Assembly (NCBI GenBank): GCA_930991035.1
Contig: CAKNRV010000003.1
Span: forward strand, 1,097-65,096
Length of the DNA stretch: 64,000 bases
Source: an uncultured Clostridium sp.
Lineage (GTDB): Bacteria; Bacillota; Clostridia; TANB77; CAG-508
Direction of reading: 5' to 3'
Shown: positions 1 to 9,844 of the stretch, piece after piece
How positions within the stretch are numbered: position 1 is the first letter of the stretch
Layout of the letters: every line of letters begins with the position of its first letter
Made by a program: the position numbers and the translations under genes
The notes under the pieces: model-generated
Databases searched by the model: none
What the model saw: only the letters and a program-made list of their open reading frames with translations
Told to the model about the DNA's origin: nothing

Positions 1-1064
1 TAGTTACAAGTAATTGTACCACATCCTATATTACATTTTTCTCCTACTTCGCAATCTCCCAAGTATATAAAGTGTGGAACTTTTGTGCCTTCCCCTATTA
101 TAGCCTTTTTTATTTCTACAAAATTTCCTATTTTTACATTATTAGCTAATTTACATCCTTCACGAATATATGCATTTGGTCCTATTTCACAATCTTCTCC
201 TATTTGTACTCCAGACTTTATAGTTGTGTTTGGATGTATTACTGTATCCATTCCAATTTCTACATCGTCATAAATATATGTAGTATTTATATCTTCTATT
301 GTAACACCTTTTTTCATTTGCTCTGTATTTATTCTCATTTGTAATACTTTTGTTAACATTTCTAGTTGTACTCTATCATTTATTCCTAATATTTCTGTAT
401 TATCTTCTACTATTACTGCACCTGTTTTTAATCCCTTTTCGTTCATTATTTGAATAACATCTGTTAAATAGTATTCCCCTTGTGCATTATTTGGACTAAT
501 TTTATCTAATGCTGATAACAATTCCTCTATATCAAAGCAATAAATTCCAGCATTTATTTCTTTTATCTCTTTTTGTTCTTCTGTTGTGTCTTTTTCTTCT
601 ACTATTGCAGAAATATTTCCACCTTCGTCTCTTACAATTCTTCCATAACCTGTTGGATTATCATAAATTGCTGTTAAAAGTGTAGCATATTCTTTGTTTT
701 CTATACTTTTTTCTAATAGTTTGTTTAATGTTTCAGGTCTTATTAATGGTACGTCTCCATTAAGCACTAGAACTTTTCCTTTCTTTCCTTGTAAGTATTC
801 TTTTGCTTGCATTACTGCGTGACCTGTTCCAAGCATTTCTTCTTGATAAGCATATTTTACATCATCGCCAAGTACTGCCATAACTTCTTCTTTCATATAT
901 CCTACTACTGCTACTATTTCATTAACTCCTGCTTTTTTGGCATTTTCCACTGCTCTTTTTACAACTTCTTTTCCATAAATTTTTTGAACTAATTTAGATT
1001 TTTTTGATTTCATTCTTGTTCCTTTTCCAGCAGCCATAACAATTGCCATAATGTTATCTTCCAT
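1..1064 (-). CDS. glmU: Bifunctional UDP-N-acetylglucosamine pyrophosphorylase / GlcN-1-P acetyltransferase (GlmU); 3' end cut off by the window edge
   Basis: Absent from the ORF track because it runs off the window. Reverse-strand translation from ATG at 1064 (SD AGGAGAAG at 1073-1080) gives MEDNIMAIVMAAGKGTRMKSKKSKLVQKIYGKEVV..., which contains the sugar-nucleotidyltransferase G-loop (AAGKGTRM). The first ~330 nt encode imperfect hexapeptide (left-handed beta-helix) repeats. Confidence 0.8.
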   Translation of the reverse strand, partial: MEDNIMAIVMAAGKGTRMKSKKSKLVQKIYGKEVVKRAVENAKKAGVNEIVAVVGYMKEEVMAVLGDDVKYAYQEEMLGTGHAVMQAKEYLQGKKGKVLVLNGDVPLIRPETLNKLLEKSIENKEYATLLTAIYDNPTGYGRIVRDEGGNISAIVEEKDTTEEQKEIKEINAGIYCFDIEELLSALDKISPNNAQGEYYLTDVIQIMNEKGLKTGAVIVEDNTEILGINDRVQLEMLTKVLQMRINTEQMKKGVTIEDINTTYIYDDVEIGMDTVIHPNTTIKSGVQIGEDCEIGPNAYIREGCKLANNVKIGNFVEIKKAIIGEGTKVPHFIYLGDCEVGEKCNIGCGTITCN

Positions 1065-1249
1065 TAAACTCACTTCTCCTTTTTACTTTTCTTACTAAAT
1101 AATATGTAATTATTTAGCGAACGTCATTATTTTATCACAAAAAATCTAATTTAGCAAATTTTTTATATTTTAGTCATAACTTTGAAATTCACCTAATATA
1201 CATTAAATAAAGTTTAGTACAAACATTTTTTAAGGGGGTTATTTGATTA

Positions 1250-2731
1250 ATGGAAGAGAATTTAAAATTATATCAAGATATAGCTAATCGTACTCAAGGG
1301 GATATTTATGTAGGAGTTGTTGGACCTGTAAGAACTGGTAAATCTACCTTTATAAAAAGATTTATGGATTTATTGGTTATCCCTAATATTGACAATGAAT
1401 ATAAAAGAGAACGTGCCAGAGACGAACTACCACAAAGTGCTGGTGGCAGAACAATAATGACAACAGAGCCAAAATTTGTTCCAAATGAAGCTGTTGAGAT
1501 AACAATTGGAGACAATTTAAAATTAAAAACTCGTCTTGTAGACTGTGTTGGATATTTAGTAAACAATGCAATCGGTTATTTAGAGGACGATATGCCTAGA
1601 ATGGTTAAAACTCCTTGGTTTGACGAAGAAATACCTTTTGAGCAAGCAGCTGAAATTGGTACAAAAAAAGTTATTCAAGAACATTCTACCATTGGAATTT
1701 TAGTTACAACAGATGGAAGCATAACAGATATTCCTAGAGAGGATTATGTTTCTGCTGAAGAAAGGGTTGTAAAAGAATTAAAAGACCTTAACAAACCTTT
1801 TGTAATAGTTCTAAACTCTGACGATCCATTCTCTGATTACACTAAAAATTTGGCCGCTACATTGGAGGATAAATATCAAGCAGCTGTAATTCCTGTTGAT
1901 TGCTCTAGGTTAGATATGGAAGATATTGATAACATTTTTGGAAAAATTCTATATGAATTTCCTATTGAAAAAATGAATATTAACTTTCCTAAATGGGTTG
2001 ATGGTTTATCTGATTCGCATTGGCTAAAAGAAGAATTATATTCAGAGATTAAAGATGCTTTTTCAAATATACATATTCTAAAGCAAGTGGATAATAGTTT
2101 GACTAAATTACAAAGTACTCAAATAATTGAAAAAACTGTCATTGACGAAATCAAACTAGGAGAAGGAACTATAAATATTTCTATATCACTTTATGAGGAA
2201 TTGTTCTATAAGATTTTAACTGAAATCTCTGGCGTAGATATAAAAAATGAAGGAGACCTATTCTCTACTATTACTGAATTGGCAAATACTAAAAAGGCTT
2301 ATGACAAAGTAGCAAATGCATTGGATGAAGTAAAAGCTACTGGATATGGAATTGTTACTCCTTCAATAGACGAACTAATTTTGGAAGAGCCTGAGATTAT
2401 TAAGCAAGGTACCAGATTTGGCGTAAAATTGCGCGCGAAAGCCCCAAGCATACACTTGATAAAAGCAGAAATTGAAACAGAAGTATCTCCTATAGTTGGA
2501 AGTGAAAAACAATCTGAAGAATTAGTAAACTACTTACTTTCTAATTTTGAAGACGATCCTACAAAAATTTGGGAATCAAATATTTTTGGAAGAAGCTTGC
2601 ATGAACTTGTAAATGAAGGCTTACAAACTAAACTTGCTAAAATGCCAGTAGATGCACAAGCAAAATTACAAGAAACACTAGAAAGAATTGTAAACGAAGG
2701 CAGTGGTGGATTGATTTGCATTATATTATAA
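1250..2731 (+). CDS. spoIVA: Stage IV sporulation protein A (spore coat morphogenetic ATPase)
   Basis: 493 aa. The N-terminus DIANRTQGDIYVGVVGPVRTGKSTFIKRFMDLLVIPNI matches the SpoIVA Walker-A region, and the length matches the family (~492 aa). Confidence 0.93.
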   Translation: MEENLKLYQDIANRTQGDIYVGVVGPVRTGKSTFIKRFMDLLVIPNIDNEYKRERARDELPQSAGGRTIMTTEPKFVPNEAVEITIGDNLKLKTRLVDCVGYLVNNAIGYLEDDMPRMVKTPWFDEEIPFEQAAEIGTKKVIQEHSTIGILVTTDGSITDIPREDYVSAEERVVKELKDLNKPFVIVLNSDDPFSDYTKNLAATLEDKYQAAVIPVDCSRLDMEDIDNIFGKILYEFPIEKMNINFPKWVDGLSDSHWLKEELYSEIKDAFSNIHILKQVDNSLTKLQSTQIIEKTVIDEIKLGEGTINISISLYEELFYKILTEISGVDIKNEGDLFSTITELANTKKAYDKVANALDEVKATGYGIVTPSIDELILEEPEIIKQGTRFGVKLRAKAPSIHLIKAEIETEVSPIVGSEKQSEELVNYLLSNFEDDPTKIWESNIFGRSLHELVNEGLQTKLAKMPVDAQAKLQETLERIVNEGSGGLICIIL

Positions 2732-2740
2732 ATTATGGAA

Positions 2741-2780
2741 CTGATAAATTGGGGATTGTTCCCAATTTATCAGTATTGTA
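2741..2780 (+). terminator. Stem-loop after spoIVA (13-bp stem)
   Basis: ctgataaattggg (2741-2753) pairs with cccaatttatcag (2761-2773), followed by tattgtattt. The U-tract is weak. Confidence 0.55.
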
Positions 2781-2875
2781 TTTATGTTAATATTATGCAT
2801 ATATTTTGTTTAATACCAAAAGATTAATCCTAATGCTATTCTTTATACTTCTTTTATTATACTTTTTTTCGATAC

Positions 2876-3721
2876 CTAGTTACTTTTCAATTCAACAATC
2901 ATTAACTCTGGTCTGTTATTAACTCTAAAAGGAATTATGCTGTTTCCTATTCCTCTGCTTACTACCATTGTAGTATCTTTCTCTCTGTAAATTCCATCAG
3001 TATATTCAGGAAATGTTCCTTGGTTAGGTGCAATAATTCCGCCAATAAATGGCAGTCGAATCTGTCCTCCATGTGCATGTCCTGTAAATACTAAATCTAT
3101 GTTTTTCTCCACATAAATTTTAAATACCTCGGGTCTGTGTGATAATAATATCGTAAAATTATCTTCATTATATTGTATATTTTCCATATTGTTTTTTACT
3201 ATCTTACTATCAAGAATATCACTTTCTTTATAAAAGCTTGGATCATTTATTCCTAATATATTTATTGTTGAATTATTTAATTGTATCTCTTGTGCCTCAT
3301 TTTCTAGTATTTTTACACCTAATTCAATCATTTGACTTTTTAAATTGTCATATTCATTAGTTCTAGCTTCGTGATTTCCCGTAACATAATAAATTGGTGC
3401 AATTTCAATAATTTCTTTAATCATATCTATTGCAATGTCCACATTTGTTTTAGTAGAATCAATTAAATCTCCAGTTATCACAATAATATTAGGTTTCTGA
3501 TTTTTTATCTTCTCTACTATTTTTTTTGTAAGCTTACTTGAAGTATTATTATGAAAATCTGATATTTGTATTATTTTATAATTATTAAATTCATTTGGAA
3601 TTTTGTTACTTGCAATTTGATATGTACTTACTTCTAATGTAGTGTTTTCAAAGTAAAAATATATTCCACATAGTATTAGTAAAAGACATATAATTGAAAA
3701 TATTATAGTTATTTTTTTCAC
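2876..3721 (-). CDS. Membrane-anchored metallophosphoesterase (calcineurin-like, YkuE/YpbG-type)
   Basis: N-terminal TM helix followed by the phosphoesterase motifs SDFH, GDLID, GNHE and GHAHGGQ. Confidence 0.85.
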   Translation of the reverse strand: MKKITIIFSIICLLLILCGIYFYFENTTLEVSTYQIASNKIPNEFNNYKIIQISDFHNNTSSKLTKKIVEKIKNQKPNIIVITGDLIDSTKTNVDIAIDMIKEIIEIAPIYYVTGNHEARTNEYDNLKSQMIELGVKILENEAQEIQLNNSTINILGINDPSFYKESDILDSKIVKNNMENIQYNEDNFTILLSHRPEVFKIYVEKNIDLVFTGHAHGGQIRLPFIGGIIAPNQGTFPEYTDGIYREKDTTMVVSRGIGNSIIPFRVNNRPELMIVELKSN

Positions 3722-3806
3722 TTTATTGGCTCTCCTTTTATTTTAACTACATTAAAATATATAATATGCATATCCTATTTCTACCATATTGTGTTAACAT
3801 CAAAAA

Positions 3807-4268
3807 TCAAATTTTATTTATTATAATATAATTAATAAATCCGCTATTTTCATTATATTTTAGTTCAACAGAATAATTTTTAGCTTCTAATATCAAATCA
3901 CACAAAGTCTCATACTGTTCATTTTTGTTCACTTGATATTCATTGCTATTATAATAAACTGTAACATATAAATATTCATTATCCTTATTATATTCATTAA
4001 CATCCTGTAAAAAAGTTAATAATTTAATTATTTCTTCACTTGTATGTTTTCCTTCAAAGAAAGCCATATAAATACTATTATGATTAATCAAATCCAAATT
4101 TGTTATTTGTGATTCTCTATCTAGGTAATATCCAAATCTTGGTTCTTTTAAATCCTCATATATTTTTTTGTAACTAGCATTATATTTAATTATTATAACT
4201 GATAATACAATTATTATTAAAAACATTATTATAATTAGTATTCTGACTAATAATTTTTTTGTTTGCAT
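3807..4268 (-). CDS. Hypothetical protein with an N-terminal TM anchor
   Basis: 153-aa ORF with one N-terminal hydrophobic helix. No recognisable motif. Confidence 0.5.
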   Translation of the reverse strand: MQTKKLLVRILIIIMFLIIIVLSVIIIKYNASYKKIYEDLKEPRFGYYLDRESQITNLDLINHNSIYMAFFEGKHTSEEIIKLLTFLQDVNEYNKDNEYLYVTVYYNSNEYQVNKNEQYETLCDLILEAKNYSVELKYNENSGFINYIIINKI

Positions 4269-4383
4269 AACTTTCCCCTTTATTTGTTTATTTTATAAAA
4301 AGATAGAAAGCTTTTTTTACTTACTCATTTTGCTTTCTATCTTTTGCTTTATTTTTTAATTCAATTTATCGTTCTATTACCTA

Positions 4384-5094
4384 TTATTCCGCTCTTTTAT
4401 ATGAAAAAGTATATATTCCTTCTACTCCCCATAATGCGCCTTGTGCAGCACTTGTTGTTTCTAGTCTTAGCTCTATTTGATTGTCCTTTAAAGTTATAGT
4501 TCCGTTTCCACTTGTACCCCAGTTATCTGTATATGTGAATGTTCCTATATTATCTACAAGGTCTACTGTAATGTCTTCAATTTTTCCTTCTCTTTGAGTT
4601 GGCGCAGGACTTGTAAGTTCAAAGTCAAATTTTATTCTGTTTTGAAAATAATCGTCAATGTCCAATTCTGCAATGCTTGTGTTTGAAGCATCGCTCATTT
4701 CACGTTCAAACTCCTCGTCTGTAATAAGATTATCTTCTCTTCTATCAAGTATCTCATCTATTCTTTCTGCATTGCGGTAAGCTTCTTCGCTAATGTACCA
4801 ATGTCCTACATAATTTCTTAAATTTGTTGTATTATTTCCATTAGTATTATTATTAGTTGTTATTTCATTTGTTGTTGCATTATTTGTTGTTTCGTTTGCT
4901 GACACATTTGTATTTTGATTATTTACTATATTTGTATTATCATTTTGTTGCTCTGTATTTTCTGTGTTACTCTGCTGTCCTCCTAGAGCACCTTCATTTT
5001 CTAAAGAATTTCTACCTTGCCATATTGCAAAGCCAAATATTGCTATTATTACTATAACAACCAAAATAAAAATAATTAAATTACTTTTTTTCAT
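4384..5094 (-). CDS. Hypothetical membrane-anchored protein with an N/T-rich low-complexity linker
   Basis: 236 aa. SD AAAGGAGGAAATC precedes the ATG. It has an N-terminal TM helix, an N/T/Q-rich stretch, then a globular C-terminal domain. Confidence 0.6.
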   Translation of the reverse strand: MKKSNLIIFILVVIVIIAIFGFAIWQGRNSLENEGALGGQQSNTENTEQQNDNTNIVNNQNTNVSANETTNNATTNEITTNNNTNGNNTTNLRNYVGHWYISEEAYRNAERIDEILDRREDNLITDEEFEREMSDASNTSIAELDIDDYFQNRIKFDFELTSPAPTQREGKIEDITVDLVDNIGTFTYTDNWGTSGNGTITLKDNQIELRLETTSAAQGALWGVEGIYTFSYKRAE

Positions 5095-5312
5095 AAGATT
5101 TCCTCCTTTTTTATTTACAACTAGTATATCATAAATATAAATTGTTGCAAGATTTTTTTGTTACATTTCACAGTTTATTTTTATAGAAGAAGTATATACC
5201 TGTAAATTGTAACATTTTTTATTAAAACAAAAAATTTATACATAATTTCTTCATTTTAGGAAAATATATACTAAGATTACAAACATTTTCTAGAAAGGAC
5301 AGTGAATAAAGA

Positions 5313-7014
5313 TTGAAAATTGCAGATACTTTCAAAAAGTTTTTCTTTCCAGCAGAAGAAGAGCCATCACACGATTTTACTATGCCCAGCAGTAGCGAAG
5401 TAATTCCAAGTACGCCAGAAGAGATTGATAAACTTGATGATGTAAAAGATATTTTTCCCAGCTTGGACGTAAATATTGAGTACATCAAAGTTAAATACAA
5501 TTTACTTATAAACAGTGATATTATTCTTCGTGAATTTATTTTAACAGCCAGAAATAAGCAGTATAGAGCATTTTTATTTTTTATTGATGGTATGGTTAGC
5601 ACAGATTTAATAAATAATTATGTATTAAAACCTTTGATGCTAAAAAATCAAGCTAATTCTTTTGATGGAAATCAAAACCAAATAATTTCTGAGGCTGTGA
5701 CCAACAATATTACTGTAAGAAAGGTTAAAAAGTTTGATATTAAAGATTACATTTTAAATTCACTACTTCCACAGAATAATATTAAAATTCAAAAAGAGTT
5801 TAAAGATATTTTTGCTAGTGTAAACGCTGGTAACTGCGCTCTTTTTGTTGATACTCTAAATATTTCTTTTGATATTGATGTTAAGGGATTTCAATCAAGA
5901 AGTATTTCAAAGCCAGAAAACGAGGTTGTTCTTAGAGGCCCTCAAGAGGCTTTTATAGAAAATATACGTGTAAATACCTCTTTGCTAAGACGTATTATTA
6001 ATAATGAGAACTTGATAATTGAAAATATTAAAATTGGTAAAGTTAGCCAAACTAATTGTGCTTTATGTTATATGAAGAATATTGCTAATGACGATTTAGT
6101 AGCCGAAGCAAAGTACAGACTTAATAATATAAATATTGATTACCTTATTTCTTCTGGTCAGTTAGAGCAATTGTTTGAAGATAACAGCAAATATAGTCTG
6201 CCTCAAGTAATTGCAACAGAAAGGCCTGATAAAACCGCTACACATCTACTTGAAGGAAGAGTTGTTATTTTGGTAAATGGTAGCCCATATGCACTAATTG
6301 TTCCTGCTGTTTTTATAGATTTTTTGGAGTCTCCAGAGGACAATAATATTAAGTTTCAGTTTGCTAACTTATTAAAACTTATCAGAATTGCTTCCTTTTT
6401 AATTACTTTACTTTTGCCTGGAATATATGTTGCAATAACAAGTTTTCACCAAGAGTTTATACCAACAGAGCTATTGTTTGCAATAGTTGCATCTCGTGCT
6501 TCTGTTCCATTTTCTATTATTTTTGAAATTATTATTATGGAACTTTCTTTTGAACTTATTAGAGAAGCTGGGCTAAGGGTCCCTACTCCTATACGGTCCT
6601 ACAATTGGTATAATTGGTGCCCTGATAATAGGTCAAGCAGCGGTTGATGCTGGTATAGTTAGTCCTATCCTAATAATTATTGTTGCTCTAACTGGTATTA
6701 CTTCTTTTGCAATTCCAGATTACTATTTGGCGTTTCATTGCAGAGTAAGCCGCTTCACCTACATTATTCTAGGAGCTTTTGCAGGTCTTCTTGGCATTGC
6801 ATTTGGTGGTTTTATTCACTTACTTATTGCTACAAAAATAAAATCTTTTGGAGTTTCGTATTTAGATCCGTATATACCATCTAAAGGAAAGATTTTTAAT
6901 GGCATTTTTAATTCTCCTACTTGGAAAAAAGAAAAAAGGTCTGACTTTTTAGATACCAAAAGAGAAAACAGGCAAGAAAAAATTAGTATGAAATGGAAGT
7001 ATCCTAATCAATAA
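5313..7014 (+). pseudogene. Spore germination protein, GerA-family A subunit, interrupted by a +1 frameshift at 6594
   Basis: ORFs 5313-6647 and 6727-7014 are two halves of one GerAA/GerKA-like protein. Frame 0 reads ...EAGLRVPTPI up to 6593. The +1 frame from 6595 continues GPTIGIIGALIIGQAAVDAGIVSPILIIIVALTGITSFAIP..., the conserved GerA-A membrane segment. The extra base is C at 6594. The start is uncertain (TTG at 5313 or ATG at 5382). Confidence 0.85.
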
Positions 7015-7150
7015 AGTTTATATATTTTTCTACTAGAAAGTATGCAATTAAAAATTTATATATATACTATCTATTTTTGGTTTATAGGCACCCAACTAAA
7101 AACCTAAATATTATGTAAGGAGTATATGGTTTTATACAGCCATTAGTAAT

Positions 7151-8251
7151 ATGAACTACACAAAACTTGGTAATTTTGAAGCAATTTGCTTAATTGTAAT
7201 ATTGTTTATAAATCACATTGTATTAAATTTGCCACAAATGATTATTGATAATTCTGGTACTGCATCAATACTTAATTGTGTTTACATTTTGATTTTGGTT
7301 TTAATATTTGCAATACTTGTGGCAAAACTTTTAAAAAGGTTTACAGGACTTGATATAATTGATATTTCTGAATATTTAGGTGGTAAGTTTTTAAAAATCT
7401 TAATTGGAATTTTATGTATAGCATTCCTAGTAATTGAAACAGCTTTTTTAACCAGAATGTTTTCTAAAAATCTATTATTAGTTTATTTTGAAAATTATCC
7501 TATAACTTTTATAGTATTTTTGTTTTTATTTGTTGGAGTAGTAGCAAATTTAATTAGTAAAAAGTCCATCATAAAAACAAACACTATACTAGTCCCAATA
7601 GCCTTACTAAGTATACTTCTTACATCTATTTTTGTTATAGATTTATTTAGAGCAGAACGTTCTTTACCAATATTAGGAAATGGAGCTGATAAAATTTTTT
7701 TAACTGGTGCTAGTAATATTTTTGCATTTAATGGGTTATTCTTTTTATTTTTCATATCCCCTATGCTAAATAAAAAAGAATCTACTTCTAAAGTTGCTTT
7801 CTCTTCTATTTTAATATGTGGAATATTTTTAATTTTATCAATCTCAACATTAGTATATGCATTTTCTGATATTTACACTATTAATAGATTCTCACCAATG
7901 TATTTTATACTAATTAATAGTAGATTTAGTGTTTTTTTGGAAAGACCTGAAGCAATTTTTATATTTATTTGGACTCTGGCTCTTATGTCATTTATTAGTA
8001 TAGCAATAATGTTTTGTTTAAATATCTTTCAAAAGCTTTCTAATATGAAAGAAGTAAAGCCTTTATCAGCTGCTATTGCAACTATCATTTTTGTTCTGTC
8101 TATGCTTATTGATAATGTTTTTACTTTAGAAACATATGCTAATGCATTTTATAAATATAGCTCTCTGATACTAATTTTTGGAGTATTTACACTTGTGCTA
8201 ATATTCGCCAACATCAAAAAACGAGTTTTAGAGGGGAAAAGAAAAAGTTGA
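7151..8251 (+). CDS. Spore germination protein, GerA-family B subunit (APC-like permease)
   Basis: 366 aa with about 10 predicted TM helices. It sits between the A and C subunit genes. Confidence 0.8.
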   Translation: MNYTKLGNFEAICLIVILFINHIVLNLPQMIIDNSGTASILNCVYILILVLIFAILVAKLLKRFTGLDIIDISEYLGGKFLKILIGILCIAFLVIETAFLTRMFSKNLLLVYFENYPITFIVFLFLFVGVVANLISKKSIIKTNTILVPIALLSILLTSIFVIDLFRAERSLPILGNGADKIFLTGASNIFAFNGLFFLFFISPMLNKKESTSKVAFSSILICGIFLILSISTLVYAFSDIYTINRFSPMYFILINSRFSVFLERPEAIFIFIWTLALMSFISIAIMFCLNIFQKLSNMKEVKPLSAAIATIIFVLSMLIDNVFTLETYANAFYKYSSLILIFGVFTLVLIFANIKKRVLEGKRKS

Positions 8252-8259
8252 TAATACTC

Positions 8260-8324
8260 TTGAACGTTTTGGACACTCCTTTTCGTTCAAAAACTTGAAC
8301 ACTTGGGACACTCCTTTTTGTTCA
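8260..8324 (+). repeat. Dispersed palindromic repeat, locus A (2 tandem units)
   Basis: Units are ttgaacgttttggacactccttttcgttcaa (8260-8290) and ttgaacacttgggacactcctttttgttca (8295-8324). Consensus is TTGAACA-N17(TGGGACACTCC core)-TGTTCAA. Confidence 0.9.
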
Positions 8325-8382
8325 GATATAGCAATTCTATTTTAAAGATTCTTAAAAAAAATTTCATAAGAGGTGTAAAAAA

Positions 8383-9618
8383 ATGAACAATAAAGCAAGA
8401 AAAGTATTTGCAATCGTGATTTTAACAATACTAATTATAATTTCAAGTGCAAACTACTATGGTATTAAAGGAATTGATAACTTAGCTTATGTTGTAGCAA
8501 TAGGCATTGATAAAGGTGACAATGAACAGCTAAAGTTAAGCCTACAAATATCTCTTCCGGGAGGTAGTAATGGCGAAAGCTCAAGTAGCTCTTCTCAATC
8601 TTCTTCTATGGTAACTAACTCTATTGAATGTTCTTCTATAAATACTGGTATAAATTTATTCAATAGTCATTTAGGAAAAGAAGTCAATTTGTCACATTGC
8701 AAAGTATTAGTAATATCCGAAGAACTTGCTTCTGATGGTATAAGTGAATTTTTATATACTTTAATGAATAATATTCAATTTAGAACAGATTCAAATATAA
8801 TAATTAGCAAATGTGATGCTAATGTATTTCTTGAATCTTCTGCTCCTGTTTTAGATAAAGTTTCTGCTAGGTATTATGAAATTGCTCCAAGTTCAAGTGA
8901 ATATACAGGCTACACAGAGAGTATAACTTGTAATGAATTTCTTTCTGCAACAGTCGATTCTTTTGCACAGCCAATTGCAATTTTAGGCTCAGTAAATACT
9001 GAAAACACGCACAATTCGGATTCTGATTCTTCTAGTGATAGTAATTATTACACAGCTGGAGAAACTCCTATTTCTGGAGACGTTGGAGTAGAAACAATGG
9101 GACTTGCTGTATTTAATGGAGATACTCTAGTAGGTGAATTAAATGGAATTGAGTCTATATGTCATTTGATAGTGTCTAACAAACTTAAAAATGCACAAAT
9201 TAAAATTCCAAGCCCAATTGAAGAGCTGGAGCATATCGATTTGTATATAGAGTTAGAAAACTCGACAAAAAATTCTGTTTATCTAGTCAATGGCTCACCA
9301 TATATAACTTGCAGACCTAAAATATCTGCCAAAATGCTGTCTATGAATGGAAATATAGATTTAAGTGATGAAACCATAACAAGTAAAATTGAGCAAGCTA
9401 CAAAAGAATATTTGCAGGAACAGATTCTATCATATTTATACAAAACTTCTAAGGATTTATATGCAGATGTTGATAGCTTTGGGCTATATGCTTTAAAATA
9501 CTTTTCAACTACCGAAGAATGGGAAGAATATAACTGGCTTCACCGCTATAAAGATGCATTCTTCAATTTAGACATCAGTGTAAACTTAAGGTCAAGCTAT
9601 TTGCTAGTTGACACCTAG
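8383..9618 (+). CDS. Spore germination protein, Ger(x)C family (C subunit)
   Basis: 411 aa. It has an N-terminal signal/anchor, then GIDNLAYVVAIGIDKGDNEQLKLSLQI, typical of the Ger(x)C N-domain. SD GAGGTG lies upstream. Confidence 0.8.
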   Translation: MNNKARKVFAIVILTILIIISSANYYGIKGIDNLAYVVAIGIDKGDNEQLKLSLQISLPGGSNGESSSSSSQSSSMVTNSIECSSINTGINLFNSHLGKEVNLSHCKVLVISEELASDGISEFLYTLMNNIQFRTDSNIIISKCDANVFLESSAPVLDKVSARYYEIAPSSSEYTGYTESITCNEFLSATVDSFAQPIAILGSVNTENTHNSDSDSSSDSNYYTAGETPISGDVGVETMGLAVFNGDTLVGELNGIESICHLIVSNKLKNAQIKIPSPIEELEHIDLYIELENSTKNSVYLVNGSPYITCRPKISAKMLSMNGNIDLSDETITSKIEQATKEYLQEQILSYLYKTSKDLYADVDSFGLYALKYFSTTEEWEEYNWLHRYKDAFFNLDISVNLRSSYLLVDT

Positions 9619-9621
9619 GCC

Positions 9622-9687
9622 TTGAACATCTGGGACACTCCTTTTTGTTCAAGTTCTTGAACATTTGGGACACTCCTCTTTGTTCAA
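9622..9687 (+). repeat. Dispersed palindromic repeat, locus B (2 tandem units)
   Basis: Units are ttgaacatctgggacactcctttttgttcaa (9622-9652) and ttgaacatttgggacactcctctttgttcaa (9657-9687), directly after the gerC-type stop codon. Confidence 0.9.
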
Positions 9688-9844
9688 GTTCTTCACTACT
9701 TGCGACTTCAACTGATATTACCATCAAAATTCTTACGAATTTTGAGATGGCTTGAATTTAACCTCTACCCTTCTTACGAATTTTGATAGAGGTTACTAAA
9801 TAATAATTTTTTAAGAGTGTAAATTTGCTCTGATGGAGGTTTAA

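Noticed and set aside
1173-1203. Sigma-E-type promoter for spoIVA (GTCATA ... ATATACAT)
   Set aside because: The sequence only loosely resembles the mother-cell sigma-E consensus, and the spacing does not fit well. I cannot support it in AT-rich DNA without a TSS.
5222-5602. 126-aa minus-strand ORF overlapping the gerA-A start
   Set aside because: It is antisense to the conserved GerA-A N-terminus and has no RBS.
8260-9687. Possible CRISPR array formed by the ~31-bp repeats
   Set aside because: Units are directly adjacent (4-nt spacing) with no unique spacers. There are at most two units per locus, the loci are dispersed and in both orientations, and no cas genes are present. This is REP/BOX-like, not CRISPR.
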